A stretch of DNA of 64,000 nucleotides from NCBI GenBank assembly GCA_029856045.1, contig JAHQWG010000016.1, forward strand, positions 128,001 to 192,000, written 5' to 3'. The notes below the pieces were generated by a model, which did not search any database, was not told the origin of the DNA, and saw only the letters and a list, made by a program, of their open reading frames with translations. A program made the position numbers and the translations under genes. How positions within the stretch are numbered: position 1 is the stretch's first letter; every line of letters starts with the position of its first letter. Shown piece after piece: positions 31,547 through 42,168 of the stretch. Origin of the DNA: Promethearchaeia archaeon. GTDB taxonomy: Archaea; Asgardarchaeota; Lokiarchaeia; Sigyniarchaeales; SOKP01.

Positions 31547-31989
31547 TATGAATCAATTTCAATTATCAAAAAGAAATAATAATATATCATGTGTATATTA
31601 CAATCACAATGATATAAATTTCTAAAAAAGCTCGAAAATTAGATATAATAATATTATCCTCTAAGGAAATAGAAATCAAATTACGATAAATCAATTTCAA
31701 CATTTAAAAATCTTCTTTAAATAAAAAAGTATAATAATTATTCATTTAAGAAAAATCCACTAAATAAATTCTTCTCCATTAAAAATTTGTTCAATTTAAT
31801 TCGACAAAATCCTGTAAATAATATAAATATAGAATCTTATCTTTCTATTTTTTTGATTAATGCTAAATTATTATTTTTCTGATTTATGTTTTATGAATTT
31901 TTATTTTTATTTAATAATAAATTAAAACTCTGTTTATTATTATTAATCTCATTTTTTTTTAAATAAATATACTAAAAGAGTGGGAAAAG

Positions 31990-33195
31990 ATAATTCATAA
32001 TTATATTGAGGATCAACTAAAAAAATCTACTTTATTCATAGATGAAAGCAAATTAGATATAAATTTTATTCCCGAAGATTTACCTCACAGAGATAAAGAA
32101 TTAATTCTTCTCTCGCAATTATTTCTCATATTAATAACACAACCAAATTCAGTTTCGAGAAAAGTTTTAATAACAGGTGGAATTGGTGTCGGGAAGACGG
32201 TTACAATAAAACGATTTGGCCAAATAATTACGAACACAGCAGAAAAAAGAAATATTCCAATTGAATATTTCCATATTAATTGTAGAAAAGAAAGAACAGG
32301 ATATAAAATATTAGTAAAAATTATGAAACATTTTAATAAAAACTTTCCTTCTAGAGGTTTTTCATCTCAAGATTTACTCGATTTGTTGAAGGATAATTTA
32401 AATCGACAAAATAAGCATTTAATTTTGGTTTTAGATGAATTAAGTTATATAATTATGAAAAATGATGACATAATCTATGCATTAACAAGAATTAATGAGG
32501 AGATGTTAAATGCTTCTCAAAGACTATCACTTATCGGAATTATTAAAGATATTTCAACTTTAAACAATTTAGATGAAAGTACATTAAGCACACTTCAAAG
32601 TAACATTATTCATTTTAATAAATATAGTAAAAGTCAAATAATTGATATCCTAAAGTCTAGAGCAAAAATAGCAATAAAACATAATGTAATTGATGATAAT
32701 ATCATTGATATGATCTCTAATTTAGTATATAAAAGGGGAGATATGAGAAAAGCGCTAGATTTATTATGGACAGCTATAAAGATTGCAGAGGAAAGAAATT
32801 TAAAAAAAGTTTCACCAGAATTTGTTCGGTTAGCAAATAATAAAACAATATCAAATTTTTCACAAGATCTTCTAATCTCTATTGAATCTCATAAATTACT
32901 CCTTCTTTTTTCAATCTTAAATCTCTTAGAAAAAAATAAACAATCTTATGTACTTATTTCAAAAATAAAAGAAGAATTTGATCAAATATGCGAATATTTA
33001 AAACTATCAATTATCTCCTATTCACAAATAATGAATTATCTTCATGAACTGGAAAAATATGGGATTATATCGATAAAAATTAAAAGTAAAAATATTAGAG
33101 GAAGACATGCCCAAGTAAGTATAAATGAATTTTCTCTCGAAATATTAAAAAATAAATTACTATCAATTTTTGAAAGTCGAGGGTTAAATATATGA
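31990..33195 (+). CDS. cdc6: Orc1/Cdc6 replication initiator; conserved N-terminus begins about 333 nt upstream of the listed ATG, with an ATA/ATT start
   Basis: In-frame upstream FIPEDLPHRDKE, Walker A TGGIGVGKT and HINC; then VLDE and GDMRKAL; in-frame stop at 31960 with no ATG/GTG/TTG before 32323. Confidence 0.9.
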   Translation: MIHNYIEDQLKKSTLFIDESKLDINFIPEDLPHRDKELILLSQLFLILITQPNSVSRKVLITGGIGVGKTVTIKRFGQIITNTAEKRNIPIEYFHINCRKERTGYKILVKIMKHFNKNFPSRGFSSQDLLDLLKDNLNRQNKHLILVLDELSYIIMKNDDIIYALTRINEEMLNASQRLSLIGIIKDISTLNNLDESTLSTLQSNIIHFNKYSKSQIIDILKSRAKIAIKHNVIDDNIIDMISNLVYKRGDMRKALDLLWTAIKIAEERNLKKVSPEFVRLANNKTISNFSQDLLISIESHKLLLLFSILNLLEKNKQSYVLISKIKEEFDQICEYLKLSIISYSQIMNYLHELEKYGIISIKIKSKNIRGRHAQVSINEFSLEILKNKLLSIFESRGLNI

Positions 33196-33482
33196 AAAAT
33201 ATAATTCAAAATAATTATACTATTGAAAATCTTTTCTGTTCAAGGGCGAGAGCCAAAATAATAAAAACTTTAGCTCTAAATAATGAACTAAATATATCCA
33301 AAATAATAAAAAATACAAATTTGAATCATTCTAATGTTGTAAATCATTTAAACTTCTTAAAAAAAATTAATTTTATTCAAGAAAAGAATTTTGGCCGAAT
33401 TAAAATTTATAGATATAAAGAAGAAAATTTGAAAGCCCATTGTGTTAAAAAGTTAATAGAATTGATAGAAAATATTGATTAA
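33192..33482 (+). CDS. ArsR-like winged-helix regulator
   Basis: LFCSRARAKI, LNISKI, HLNFL, FGRIKIY. Confidence 0.8.
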   Translation: MKNIIQNNYTIENLFCSRARAKIIKTLALNNELNISKIIKNTNLNHSNVVNHLNFLKKINFIQEKNFGRIKIYRYKEENLKAHCVKKLIELIENID

Positions 33483-33583
33483 CTTTAAATATAAGAATAT
33501 TACTCGAATATAATAAAATTCCTAAAACTAAATCCCTATAAATTATCTAGGTTAAAATATTTTAATATCAACTAATATTTGAA

Positions 33584-34225
33584 ATGATTTTTTTTATAAT
33601 TCTGTTAATAGTTTCTATTTACTTTTCAATTTTAGATCTTCGAAATCGAAGAATTCCAATAAAAAATTATAAAATTTTATTTCTAATCAGTTTATTTTTT
33701 ATTTTTTTTACATTTAATTCTCTTGATTCTGCCTTAATCCTTCTTTTTTTATTACAGATGATTTTTTTGTTTTTTTTTTGTTTTATTTTTTATGTGTTAA
33801 ATTTTATTGGGGGTGGAGATGCAAAATACATCTTTTTTATTTCAATTTATAATTTTTGTTACTCATTTGAAATAGTTAATTTAATCGATTTCTTTTCTAT
33901 TTTCATTTTAATTTATTTTTCATTACTCATACCAAATTTAGCAAAAAATCAATTTTATTCTCGTTCATTATATGAGCAATTTTTAATATTTTTTAATAGA
34001 AAGTGTTTCTTTATAGATTTTTATCTGAAATTGTGTTTCAAATTTTTTCCTTTAAAATCCATAAACAAAATTGATGATATTAAATATAAAATAAAATCAT
34101 TCTTAATTTTATTTGATTTTAAAACGGGTAATTTTTATTTTATTTCTCAGTATAAAATGCCTGTTATAATTGTGTGTTTTTTAGCGTATCTTTTCTATTT
34201 GACTCTGAATTTTTGTGTATTTTAA
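33584..34225 (+). CDS. Prepilin/preflagellin peptidase (A24)
   Basis: LDLRNRRIP and GGGDAK aspartate motifs, multiple TM helices. Confidence 0.85.
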   Translation: MIFFIILLIVSIYFSILDLRNRRIPIKNYKILFLISLFFIFFTFNSLDSALILLFLLQMIFLFFFCFIFYVLNFIGGGDAKYIFFISIYNFCYSFEIVNLIDFFSIFILIYFSLLIPNLAKNQFYSRSLYEQFLIFFNRKCFFIDFYLKLCFKFFPLKSINKIDDIKYKIKSFLILFDFKTGNFYFISQYKMPVIIVCFLAYLFYLTLNFCVF

Positions 34226-34249
34226 ATAGATCAATTTATAATATAAAAT

Positions 34250-34558
34250 ATGTTATTGAAAAAAAAAACATTAGAAAAAGCTATAGATTTTATTTCCAAT
34301 ATTAATTTTGATGATTCAGAACAATTGAAGATTTTTAATAAAGTTAAAAAAATTATCTTAAATCTAAGGGATCCTGAAATATCAAAAAAAATAGAAGAAT
34401 TAAATGAATTATCTTCAGACTTACCTTTTATTGAGTTATTTAAACAAATTTTGGAGAAATTAACTATCGAACAATTGAATTCAATTTTTAAGCAGTTTAT
34501 AAATAATGAGGATCTCATTGATTATTTACAAGATATGCTTTTAGAAAAGATAATTTAA
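34250..34558 (+). CDS. Hypothetical helical protein
   Basis: 102-aa ORF collinear with neighbours. Confidence 0.55.
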   Translation: MLLKKKTLEKAIDFISNINFDDSEQLKIFNKVKKIILNLRDPEISKKIEELNELSSDLPFIELFKQILEKLTIEQLNSIFKQFINNEDLIDYLQDMLLEKII

Positions 34559-34646
34559 TCTTTTTAGGCAAAGAACTGTCTATCCAAATTATTGTAAGAT
34601 TTATTTTTTCGTTTTTTTTATAAATCATCTAATTTTTATATACATA

Positions 34647-35396
34647 ATGTCCATCTTAATCGATATTATTCTCGTTATGTGTGCATATCTTTATGTTTTA
34701 ACTGTGATATTAATCCCAAAGTATTTAAAAGAAAAGGGAAAGATTTCAAAATTTGCTGCACGCAAAACAGTTCACTTACTTGCTGGTCTTTCAATATTTG
34801 TAACTCCCTTTTTAGAATTTTATTGGTATTCACTTATAATTTCTGGCTCCATGATGCTCCTTACCTATTTAAGTTCTAAAGAGAGTAAAGTGAAACAATT
34901 AAAGAGTTTATTTGACGCAATTGGTGAGGAAGCTGAAGAGAAAGCTGGATATTTACAAGGACCATTTAATTACTGCCTTTCAATTTTTATTCTTATGTTA
35001 TTTTTTTCAATATTTGCTCCAACAATGTTTTATTTTCCAATTTCAGGAATTTTAATTATGATTATATCAGATACTCTTGCGAGTGTGGTAGGGAAAAAAT
35101 ATGGAAAAATTAAAATTAAAATTAAATGGACTCATACAGAAAGGACGATTATTGGCTCATTAACTCTTTTCTTAACAGCTTTTTTCTTATCATTTTTTTC
35201 TTATCTTTTATTCGGTGTCATTATTCCAACTTCTCAGCAGGTTATTAATATTGCTCAAGTTATCATTTTCTCATTTTTAACAAGCATTGTTGCAACAATT
35301 ACAGAACTATTATCACCAAGTACTTATGATGATTTAACTGTACCGATAATTACTACACTAATTATCTTTCTTCTTTCTTCGATTTTAATTGCTTAA
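34647..35396 (+). CDS. CTP-dependent polyprenol/phytol/diacylglycerol kinase (Sec59/Vte5/Dgk1 family)
   Basis: RKTVH, GP..Y, SDTLASVVGKKYG, RTIIGS, DDL..P. Confidence 0.85.
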   Translation: MSILIDIILVMCAYLYVLTVILIPKYLKEKGKISKFAARKTVHLLAGLSIFVTPFLEFYWYSLIISGSMMLLTYLSSKESKVKQLKSLFDAIGEEAEEKAGYLQGPFNYCLSIFILMLFFSIFAPTMFYFPISGILIMIISDTLASVVGKKYGKIKIKIKWTHTERTIIGSLTLFLTAFFLSFFSYLLFGVIIPTSQQVINIAQVIIFSFLTSIVATITELLSPSTYDDLTVPIITTLIIFLLSSILIA

Positions 35397-35490
35397 CATA
35401 ACTTTAAATTATTGACTTGTCATTTTAAAATTAAAAGTGATAATTTAATAAAATTTGAAAAAGATAAATTTGATATAACTAGGGATTTAA

Positions 35491-35910
35491 ATGGAAATTG
35501 AAAAAAAAAGAGAAACAGTATGGAAATTAAAACAAAAAGAAAAACAAAAATATATTGAGTTAATTTCAGTTGAGGAATCTGGAGAAGTTAATCAAATTAA
35601 ATTGTCCTTAAAAAAAATGGAAGATGCAATAACAATTGAAATGAATAAAAGTGAATTTAATAATTTTTTATCAATATTATTAGCGTTTAAAGATGTAGTA
35701 ATTGGTTCAGAGATAAGTGTATTAACTCCAGATTTCAAAGATTTTGATGCAATAAAATCTCAAGAAAAAGAAGAATCTGTTTCTATTTCAGAAAAAAATG
35801 AGGTTATAGAAAAAGTTCCAGTACAAGAACTCACGGATGTTCAAGATAACGTTCCAAATGAAAAACTACATGAAGAGGAATTGAATCCTAAGGAATGGGA
35901 TCCCTGGTAA
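35491..35910 (+). CDS. Hypothetical protein with acidic tail ending EWDPW
   Basis: 139-aa ORF. Confidence 0.6.
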   Translation: MEIEKKRETVWKLKQKEKQKYIELISVEESGEVNQIKLSLKKMEDAITIEMNKSEFNNFLSILLAFKDVVIGSEISVLTPDFKDFDAIKSQEKEESVSISEKNEVIEKVPVQELTDVQDNVPNEKLHEEELNPKEWDPW

Positions 35911-36227
35911 TTAGAGTGATCTGATCCTTGAAAATAAAAAAGAAATTTTTATAGCATATTTCCATTCTTACCACCCGTCACCAATAAGCGTAAATTTTTT
36001 GATTTACGACTGCTCCATCCCTGACCTGGTCGGGTTCATCATCAATTGAGTATATTTCTCCTACAAGAAATATCTCAAAAATAACTTACCTAATTGGGCG
36101 AATGGATCATTGAAACATTAAATATGTATAAAAATCATTTTTAATTCCTCAGATCATTTCTCAATCCGTTATAGAGCATTTACGGTCCACCCAGTATAGG
36201 GTTTCAGGAATTGCCCTAGATTCCCAC
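35895..36227 (-). ncRNA. ffs: SRP RNA (7S)
   Basis: Helix-8 signature GAACCCGACCAGGTCAGGGATGGAGCAG; 5' end GTGGGAATCTAGG pairs with 3' CCAGGGATCCCAT; TATA-like element upstream. Confidence 0.85.
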
Positions 36228-36335
36228 GATCAATAATAATATTTTTATTAACAAATATAAAGCTTATTATAAATGTAAAAAGGTTTTAAATAATTTATTT
36301 TGAAAAATCCAATGATAATCAATTAGAAAATGTAA

Positions 36336-36839
36336 TTAAGTTCTTTTTTTTTCAATTTTGAAAATACAACATCTCTTTTCCTTATCTGTTATCATACATT
36401 CTATCTCTGAAACAGAAGCACGATACAATGCAAATTCTCCAAAACCAGATAATATTCCAGACATGAAATAACAAATATATTTAAAATTATTCTCCATGTA
36501 TGATGAAATATTATGATATAATTTTAAAATTATAAGTTCCTCCGATATTTCTTGAGGTTCAATATTCCCCCATCCCATATTGCTAAACATTTCACAAAAT
36601 AGATCTGTTAAATCTTTAAGAGTTTTAGGTTTTAAATTTTCTTCCCAAATTTCTATTAAAACCCTACCCATTTTTTTACCTAACCATATTAATAAAGGTT
36701 TTACTCCCTCGCCATATATAGATGATAACAAATCTATAATCTGAGGAGGAAAAAACACAAATCTCTGATTAAATAATCTGTATATTCCATCAGAATATTC
36801 TAATCCCTTTAATTTTAAATCTTTCATCTTTTGATACAC
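36336..36839 (-). CDS. V4R domain protein
   Basis: MGWG, ICYFMSGILSG, EIEC......CIF. Confidence 0.85.
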   Translation of the reverse strand: MYQKMKDLKLKGLEYSDGIYRLFNQRFVFFPPQIIDLLSSIYGEGVKPLLIWLGKKMGRVLIEIWEENLKPKTLKDLTDLFCEMFSNMGWGNIEPQEISEELIILKLYHNISSYMENNFKYICYFMSGILSGFGEFALYRASVSEIECMITDKEKRCCIFKIEKKRT

Positions 36840-36915
36840 ATTGAGATCTTCTAAAATAATTAATATGTTTTTAAAATATTTTCACAAGTTTTTATAATTA
36901 TTTATATGATCTTTT

Positions 36916-37212
36916 TTGATTATGTTAAATTATAATCTGTCAATAATTATTGTTTTATTATCTTTTTTGTTTATTATATTTATTTTTTCAATATTTACGA
37001 CTAATATAGATGCATTGTTCATATTTATTTTCTACATGGTCTTAATAATCTATTTGAATCTAATTATTTTACAAAATTATATAGATTTAAAAAGTTCTAA
37101 TGATCTTCTTAATTTTAATTTTTTAACATTTCTGGCAAATCTTTCTTTTATTTGTGAATTTTTTATTGGAATCTTTATTTTAATTCAAGTAATATACAAA
37201 TTCATCACATAA
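36916..37212 (+). CDS. Possible small multi-TM membrane protein
   Basis: Hydrophobic 98-aa ORF; may be an artefact of T-rich DNA. Confidence 0.35.
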   Translation: MIMLNYNLSIIIVLLSFLFIIFIFSIFTTNIDALFIFIFYMVLIIYLNLIILQNYIDLKSSNDLLNFNFLTFLANLSFICEFFIGIFILIQVIYKFIT

Positions 37213-38611
37213 AATTTAAGATATTTACAAAATTTAAACTAATTGAAAGAATAATTATAAAAATTAACACAAAAAATAAATTGGAAGTAAATATAATAAT
37301 TATTTTAGACTCTATGCCGATTATTTTAGAGAAATAATACCCACTTATAATGTTGCTTAATAAAAAGGATCCAAATATGAGTATCAGATCAAATGAATCA
37401 AAATTATTATAAAAAGGAATAGTTGTTGTAAATTCTGGATTATTTAAAAGATTAATATGATAAAAAAAAGATGGAAATACACCAGAAATGACCCCAAGAA
37501 TAAAAGGTAATAAAAAAATAAAGATTAAACTTTTAAATTTTTCACCTTTAATAATGATTCGTTTTCGCTTTTCTAATTTTTGATGCATTGATATTATTTC
37601 TAATAGATCCCAAATTTTATTTGCAGTATGATATGTATCTTCATGGATCATTTTTTTTACTACATTTAAAATCAGTTTGCAACGTGGTGATTTTAGATTA
37701 AAAATAAATGAATCAAGCATCTCTTTTATTGATATTGAATTTTTAATCAATAATGATATGGGATGTTCCAATTTTTTCTGAAAAAAAGTAGGTGTTTTTT
37801 TATACGCATAATATAATGCATCCTCGGGCGACGTTTTCCTTGATAACATAATTGCAAAATTTTTTAAAAATAATAAAAAACCATTAAACTCTCTTCTATT
37901 ATTTTTAGGCTCAGAGCTTAAAATCCCTAATAATTTTATATCCTCATTTAAAAATTTTGATGACAAATATCTAATAATAATGAAATAGAGAGGTATGATA
38001 AAGATTAATGAGAGAGATTTAATTTCTTGAAGTATTATGAGAAAACAGCTTCCTATCGGGAAAAATAAACCTATAAAGAAGATTATACTTAATTTTGATT
38101 CAACGCTTCGTATAAATGTTTCAAATAAATCTTCTGAATAGGAGTATTCATTTATTTTAACCAAATTAGTGTCTTCAAAATTATTAGAGATTAAGTCATT
38201 TACAAAACTTTGAAAATTTTTTGAAATGATATTTAAATTTTCTAACTCATTTTCTGGGTTTTTGCCAAATTGAATTTTTTTTATAATTGATTTAAAAAAA
38301 TTAGAAACTGGATAATTATATTTAGAAATAGATTCAATAAAATTAATACATTTATCGGAAATTGATGTAAAAAGGGAATTAATGAGAGCAAAATCTAAAA
38401 TTATTAATTTTAAGTAAGCATTAATATTTAACTCTTCATTTTTTAATCTTTTGTATAAATATATATTAAATATGTAAGTAATTATTATAGAAGAAATAAA
38501 AGAAAATAGGCAACTTATTTGAATTACAAACTGCATCTCCAAGATTTTAAAAATGATATTAAAATAAATTGAAAAAATAAAAAATAAGAAATAAAAAGTT
38601 AAAAAAACCAT
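37205..38611 (-). CDS. Type IV/Tad pilus membrane platform protein (T2SSF, TadB/C-like); frame open upstream to an ATT at 38764
   Basis: Two cytoplasmic T2SSF-like domains (GKNPENEL, TSPEDAL), each followed by TM helices; downstream of the secretion ATPase. Confidence 0.7.
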   Translation of the reverse strand: MVFLTFYFLFFIFSIYFNIIFKILEMQFVIQISCLFSFISSIIITYIFNIYLYKRLKNEELNINAYLKLIILDFALINSLFTSISDKCINFIESISKYNYPVSNFFKSIIKKIQFGKNPENELENLNIISKNFQSFVNDLISNNFEDTNLVKINEYSYSEDLFETFIRSVESKLSIIFFIGLFFPIGSCFLIILQEIKSLSLIFIIPLYFIIIRYLSSKFLNEDIKLLGILSSEPKNNRREFNGFLLFLKNFAIMLSRKTSPEDALYYAYKKTPTFFQKKLEHPISLLIKNSISIKEMLDSFIFNLKSPRCKLILNVVKKMIHEDTYHTANKIWDLLEIISMHQKLEKRKRIIIKGEKFKSLIFIFLLPFILGVISGVFPSFFYHINLLNNPEFTTTIPFYNNFDSFDLILIFGSFLLSNIISGYYFSKIIGIESKIIIIFTSNLFFVLIFIIILSISLNFVNILNFM

Positions 38612-38783
38612 AGTAGTTGCTTTGTTTATATCGCTAATTAATAGATTATATTTAAGAAAAATTATTTTTGAATATCTTGAACTTGGCTTTTTAATTTTAA
38701 ATTGTGGAATTTTTTTATTTCGGAAGAAAAAACAGAAATTGCAATATAAATCAAGAAAACTAATAAAATAACACCTTTTATTT

Positions 38784-39185
38784 TTATAAAAAATTTAAGA
38801 AAATTACTTCTGAAATTATATATATTTTTAAAATGTGATAACCTGGGTTTTCATAAAAAAAATTTATAAATTGGTAAATAAATTCGTAAGTATATTCATG
38901 TTCAATATTATTTACAATAAATGTATACTTTATTCTATTTCCGGAAGCTAATAAACTAAAATTTTCTGGTATCTCAATAACGCAACTAAAATTTAAAGAG
39001 GGATTTTCAATTGTTCTTGTTATTCCAGAGTTAATAATAGATATACTTGTTAAATTATTTTTAATATCCGACTCAAGATTGTAATTCTCGATAAATTTAA
39101 AAAAGGGAGCAATTATAGAAAGAAAAATAACCAATATTGTAATTCCAAATCCAATCATAAGGGATTTCTCTAAAATTTCTGTCAT
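38784..39185 (-). CDS. Pilin-like protein
   Basis: N-terminal EILEKSLMIGFGITILVIF helix resembles the mature Flp pilin at 41456; lies between ATPase and platform genes. Confidence 0.5.
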   Translation of the reverse strand: MTEILEKSLMIGFGITILVIFLSIIAPFFKFIENYNLESDIKNNLTSISIINSGITRTIENPSLNFSCVIEIPENFSLLASGNRIKYTFIVNNIEHEYTYEFIYQFINFFYENPGYHILKIYIISEVIFLNFL

Positions 39186-41368
39186 AGCATATTTTTATTA
39201 TAATTTTTAAATTTAAAATCCCCTTTTTTTAAATTCTTCTTGATTTTCTCCCAAAATTGAATTAATTCCAAATAATTATTTTTTGATGCCAAAAATCCAA
39301 TAACATTAAAAATTGAAACTAAATCTGAGATTTTATTGGATCTAAATTTGGAAAGGAAATCAAAAATTTCTTTAAATAGGTTTATTATTAGATTAAAATC
39401 TTCTTCCGGTAGATGTTCATACTTTATTATTTTTTTTAATATATTCGTATGATAAAGGTTCTTTTTCCTCATCCAATTATTTGTCATTGGATTATAATCA
39501 AAAATCTTTTCAACAGAAATTCTGTTATTTACACTAATTTCTATAATCGCCACGATTTTTCGACCAATTGGTAATTTTTTCATTAAAATAATTAGATCTA
39601 AATCATTCAAACATATTTTTTCAATTTTAAAATGATATAGGAACCGATTAATTAATGCGGAAATATCTTTTGAATGAATTGTTTGAAACCCTCTTAATCC
39701 TGCGCTTAAACAATGAAATAAAGCTTTACACTCCTCCATTGTAAGAATCTCGCCCAAAAATATAACATCTGGAGTTCTATGTAATAAGGTTTGAATTAAA
39801 TTACTTTTTGTAAATTGAGAATTTTCAGTATTTTCTAATGATTGAGTTTTATATTTTACTTGATGCATATCAAATTTTAATTCATCTAATGATTCAACAG
39901 CATTTTCAACATAAATCTTTCGAAATTCTTTAGGTGTTAATAGATCAAATGCATTAATCAGAGTTGTTTTTCCTGTGTCTGTTTCTCCAGTCACTGTTAA
40001 ATTTATTCTCTTGATAATACAAAAGTATAAGAAGGAAGCAATTTCCGAGGATAAAGTTTGATAAAATATTAAATCAGGAATTGAAAAAATATTTTTATTC
40101 AATTTTCTTATATCTAAACAAAATCCATTCAATTGTAATGGGAAGATATCAATTGAAAATCTACAATAAAAATAATTATTTTTTATAACAGTTTTAACAC
40201 TAGGATGGTTTATATCAAGCCTTTCTCTACTATATAATCTCAAAAAGGTTTTAATTCTCTCAATTTCTTCCAAATCTAAGCTAATTTCTGTACGACATCG
40301 TCCATATATTTGATGATTAAGATAAATTTTATCATTTGGCTGATCTAAAAATATTTCTTCAATATAATCATCAATTAAAAGTGGTAATAATTTTTTAATG
40401 TTAAGTATATTAATAGATGAAAAAAAAGACAATTTATGCTTTTCACTGGTTGATAAATTTGGCATAATTTCATTCAAATAAATTAGTGAATGTTTTAAAA
40501 GTAAATCAACCAATTCTTGGAATGTGAGAATTTTATCAATTTTTAATGATTTTAAATAGCTACTAATTTTATTTATTATTTCTTTATAATAATCTGATTT
40601 ATTAGGATTTTCAAAAAAGATTTCAACTCGATATAATTTCTCAGTATGATATTTCCAATTATAAATTGATATTTGAAAGTATTTGCTTGATCCAATAAAA
40701 TATGTTTTTATAAGAATTTTATTTTCAATCAAATTTTCACAATTGAATAACTTACATTGAGTTTTTGCTTTTTCAGTAAATTTTTCTCTTGAATGATTCA
40801 AATCAAATGTTTTTTGGGTGCTTATTAGATTTTTAATAAGATTCAAAGAATCTAAGAGTAATAAGATTTTTTTAATATTTTCATTTAACTCATAAAACCA
40901 TTTTTGAAAAGAAAGATCATGACTATTTTTCTTTAAATTTAACTTGAGTTGTTTCCTTAATTTCTCATATAAAAAGAAAGGATCAATTTTTCTTAAATTT
41001 ATATCAAAATCTAACTCTAATTCAAAATATCGAAATTTTTTTCTGTCCCTATGGACTAACTTTTGAATCTTTTTAAATATTTTATTCAAATGCTTAAAAT
41101 ATTTAATATAATCTAAAAAATATGAAATATATTCATCTTCAATTATTTTATGATTTTGATGGTCAAATATTGTGCTTATTGTTTTATTTTGATATTTTAT
41201 TAAACAATTTATCAAACAAATACGACATTTACTATTAAATAAATGCGAACAATTATTAAGATGAAAATTAGAGCAGTTTAAACAATTTATTTTAATATTC
41301 CACAGTTTTTCATCATAGCTTTCTGAGAATACTGGGATTAGAAAGCAATTTTTAAGATTTTTATACAT
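39182..41368 (-). CDS. Type II/IV secretion ATPase (TadA/CpaF/VirB11 family)
   Basis: IEEIFLD, LDIRK, Walker A GETDTGKTT, LHRTPDVIFLGEI, QTIH. Confidence 0.9.
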   Translation of the reverse strand: MYKNLKNCFLIPVFSESYDEKLWNIKINCLNCSNFHLNNCSHLFNSKCRICLINCLIKYQNKTISTIFDHQNHKIIEDEYISYFLDYIKYFKHLNKIFKKIQKLVHRDRKKFRYFELELDFDINLRKIDPFFLYEKLRKQLKLNLKKNSHDLSFQKWFYELNENIKKILLLLDSLNLIKNLISTQKTFDLNHSREKFTEKAKTQCKLFNCENLIENKILIKTYFIGSSKYFQISIYNWKYHTEKLYRVEIFFENPNKSDYYKEIINKISSYLKSLKIDKILTFQELVDLLLKHSLIYLNEIMPNLSTSEKHKLSFFSSINILNIKKLLPLLIDDYIEEIFLDQPNDKIYLNHQIYGRCRTEISLDLEEIERIKTFLRLYSRERLDINHPSVKTVIKNNYFYCRFSIDIFPLQLNGFCLDIRKLNKNIFSIPDLIFYQTLSSEIASFLYFCIIKRINLTVTGETDTGKTTLINAFDLLTPKEFRKIYVENAVESLDELKFDMHQVKYKTQSLENTENSQFTKSNLIQTLLHRTPDVIFLGEILTMEECKALFHCLSAGLRGFQTIHSKDISALINRFLYHFKIEKICLNDLDLIILMKKLPIGRKIVAIIEISVNNRISVEKIFDYNPMTNNWMRKKNLYHTNILKKIIKYEHLPEEDFNLIINLFKEIFDFLSKFRSNKISDLVSIFNVIGFLASKNNYLELIQFWEKIKKNLKKGDFKFKNYNKNML

Positions 41369-41455
41369 ATTAGAGTTTTCTACAAAAAATAATTTAAATT
41401 TCTACTTTTTTCGGAGTTTTTAAGTTTAAAATTTAAACAAAAAATGTGATATAAA

Positions 41456-41650
41456 ATGAAAATACAAATCAGAAATATAATTCTTAGATTGAAAAATTTT
41501 TTAAAAGATGAAAGCGCTGGCTCTCTATTAGAATATGGATTATTAATTGGATTTAGTATCTTAATTTTCATTATTATTATTGAAATAATCTTTTCAATGT
41601 TTGAATGGACAGGCACGCAGATCTCACAATTTTTTGATGTTATAGGATAA
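41456..41650 (+). CDS. Flp/Fap-type pilin
   Basis: FLKDESAG|SLLEYGLLIGF: basic leader, cleavage Gly, EY Flp motif; 64 aa. Confidence 0.8.
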   Translation: MKIQIRNIILRLKNFLKDESAGSLLEYGLLIGFSILIFIIIIEIIFSMFEWTGTQISQFFDVIG

Positions 41651-41688
41651 TTTGAGGTGCCAATCTTATTTCACAAAACTTAAAATCT

Positions 41689-41883
41689 ATGAATTTAGAT
41701 AAAAATCTTTTGGATGAAATAATAAATCGAATTAAAAATAAATTAGCAAATAAAAGGCAAATAATGTATTGTGATGTTATCAACTATATAGTTAGATCCA
41801 AATTAAAAGGGAAATCTTATGATAAGATAATAATTTGGTGTACTTATAATATCCGATTAGGACATTTATATATAAATTTTTAA
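41689..41883 (+). CDS. Small hypothetical protein
   Basis: 64-aa ORF after the pilin gene. Confidence 0.45.
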   Translation: MNLDKNLLDEIINRIKNKLANKRQIMYCDVINYIVRSKLKGKSYDKIIIWCTYNIRLGHLYINF

Positions 41884-42168
41884 AATCCTCATTATCAATG
41901 TATCACATATCAGATTTCTGATTCTCTATTGTTTTTTTAAAAAAATTTTATAGTTAGATTTGAAACTACTTTTGCAATGATTACAATCTAAACGAAATGA
42001 AGTTTAAACAAAAATTTAAAAAGTGAAAAACAATTCTTTTATTAATATCTAATCCATAATGAAATTATTGATAAAAAAATTAATATTAATGATTATATTT
42101 TTGTAATTTGATTAGAATTAGTTATTAACAAATATTTTGAGAAAACCTTTATTTTTGGCAGATATTAT

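Noticed and set aside
31550-31980. AT-rich region upstream of the canonical cdc6 as oriC, or as an intron supplying an ATG
   Set aside because: No ORB motif or BHB structure found by eye.
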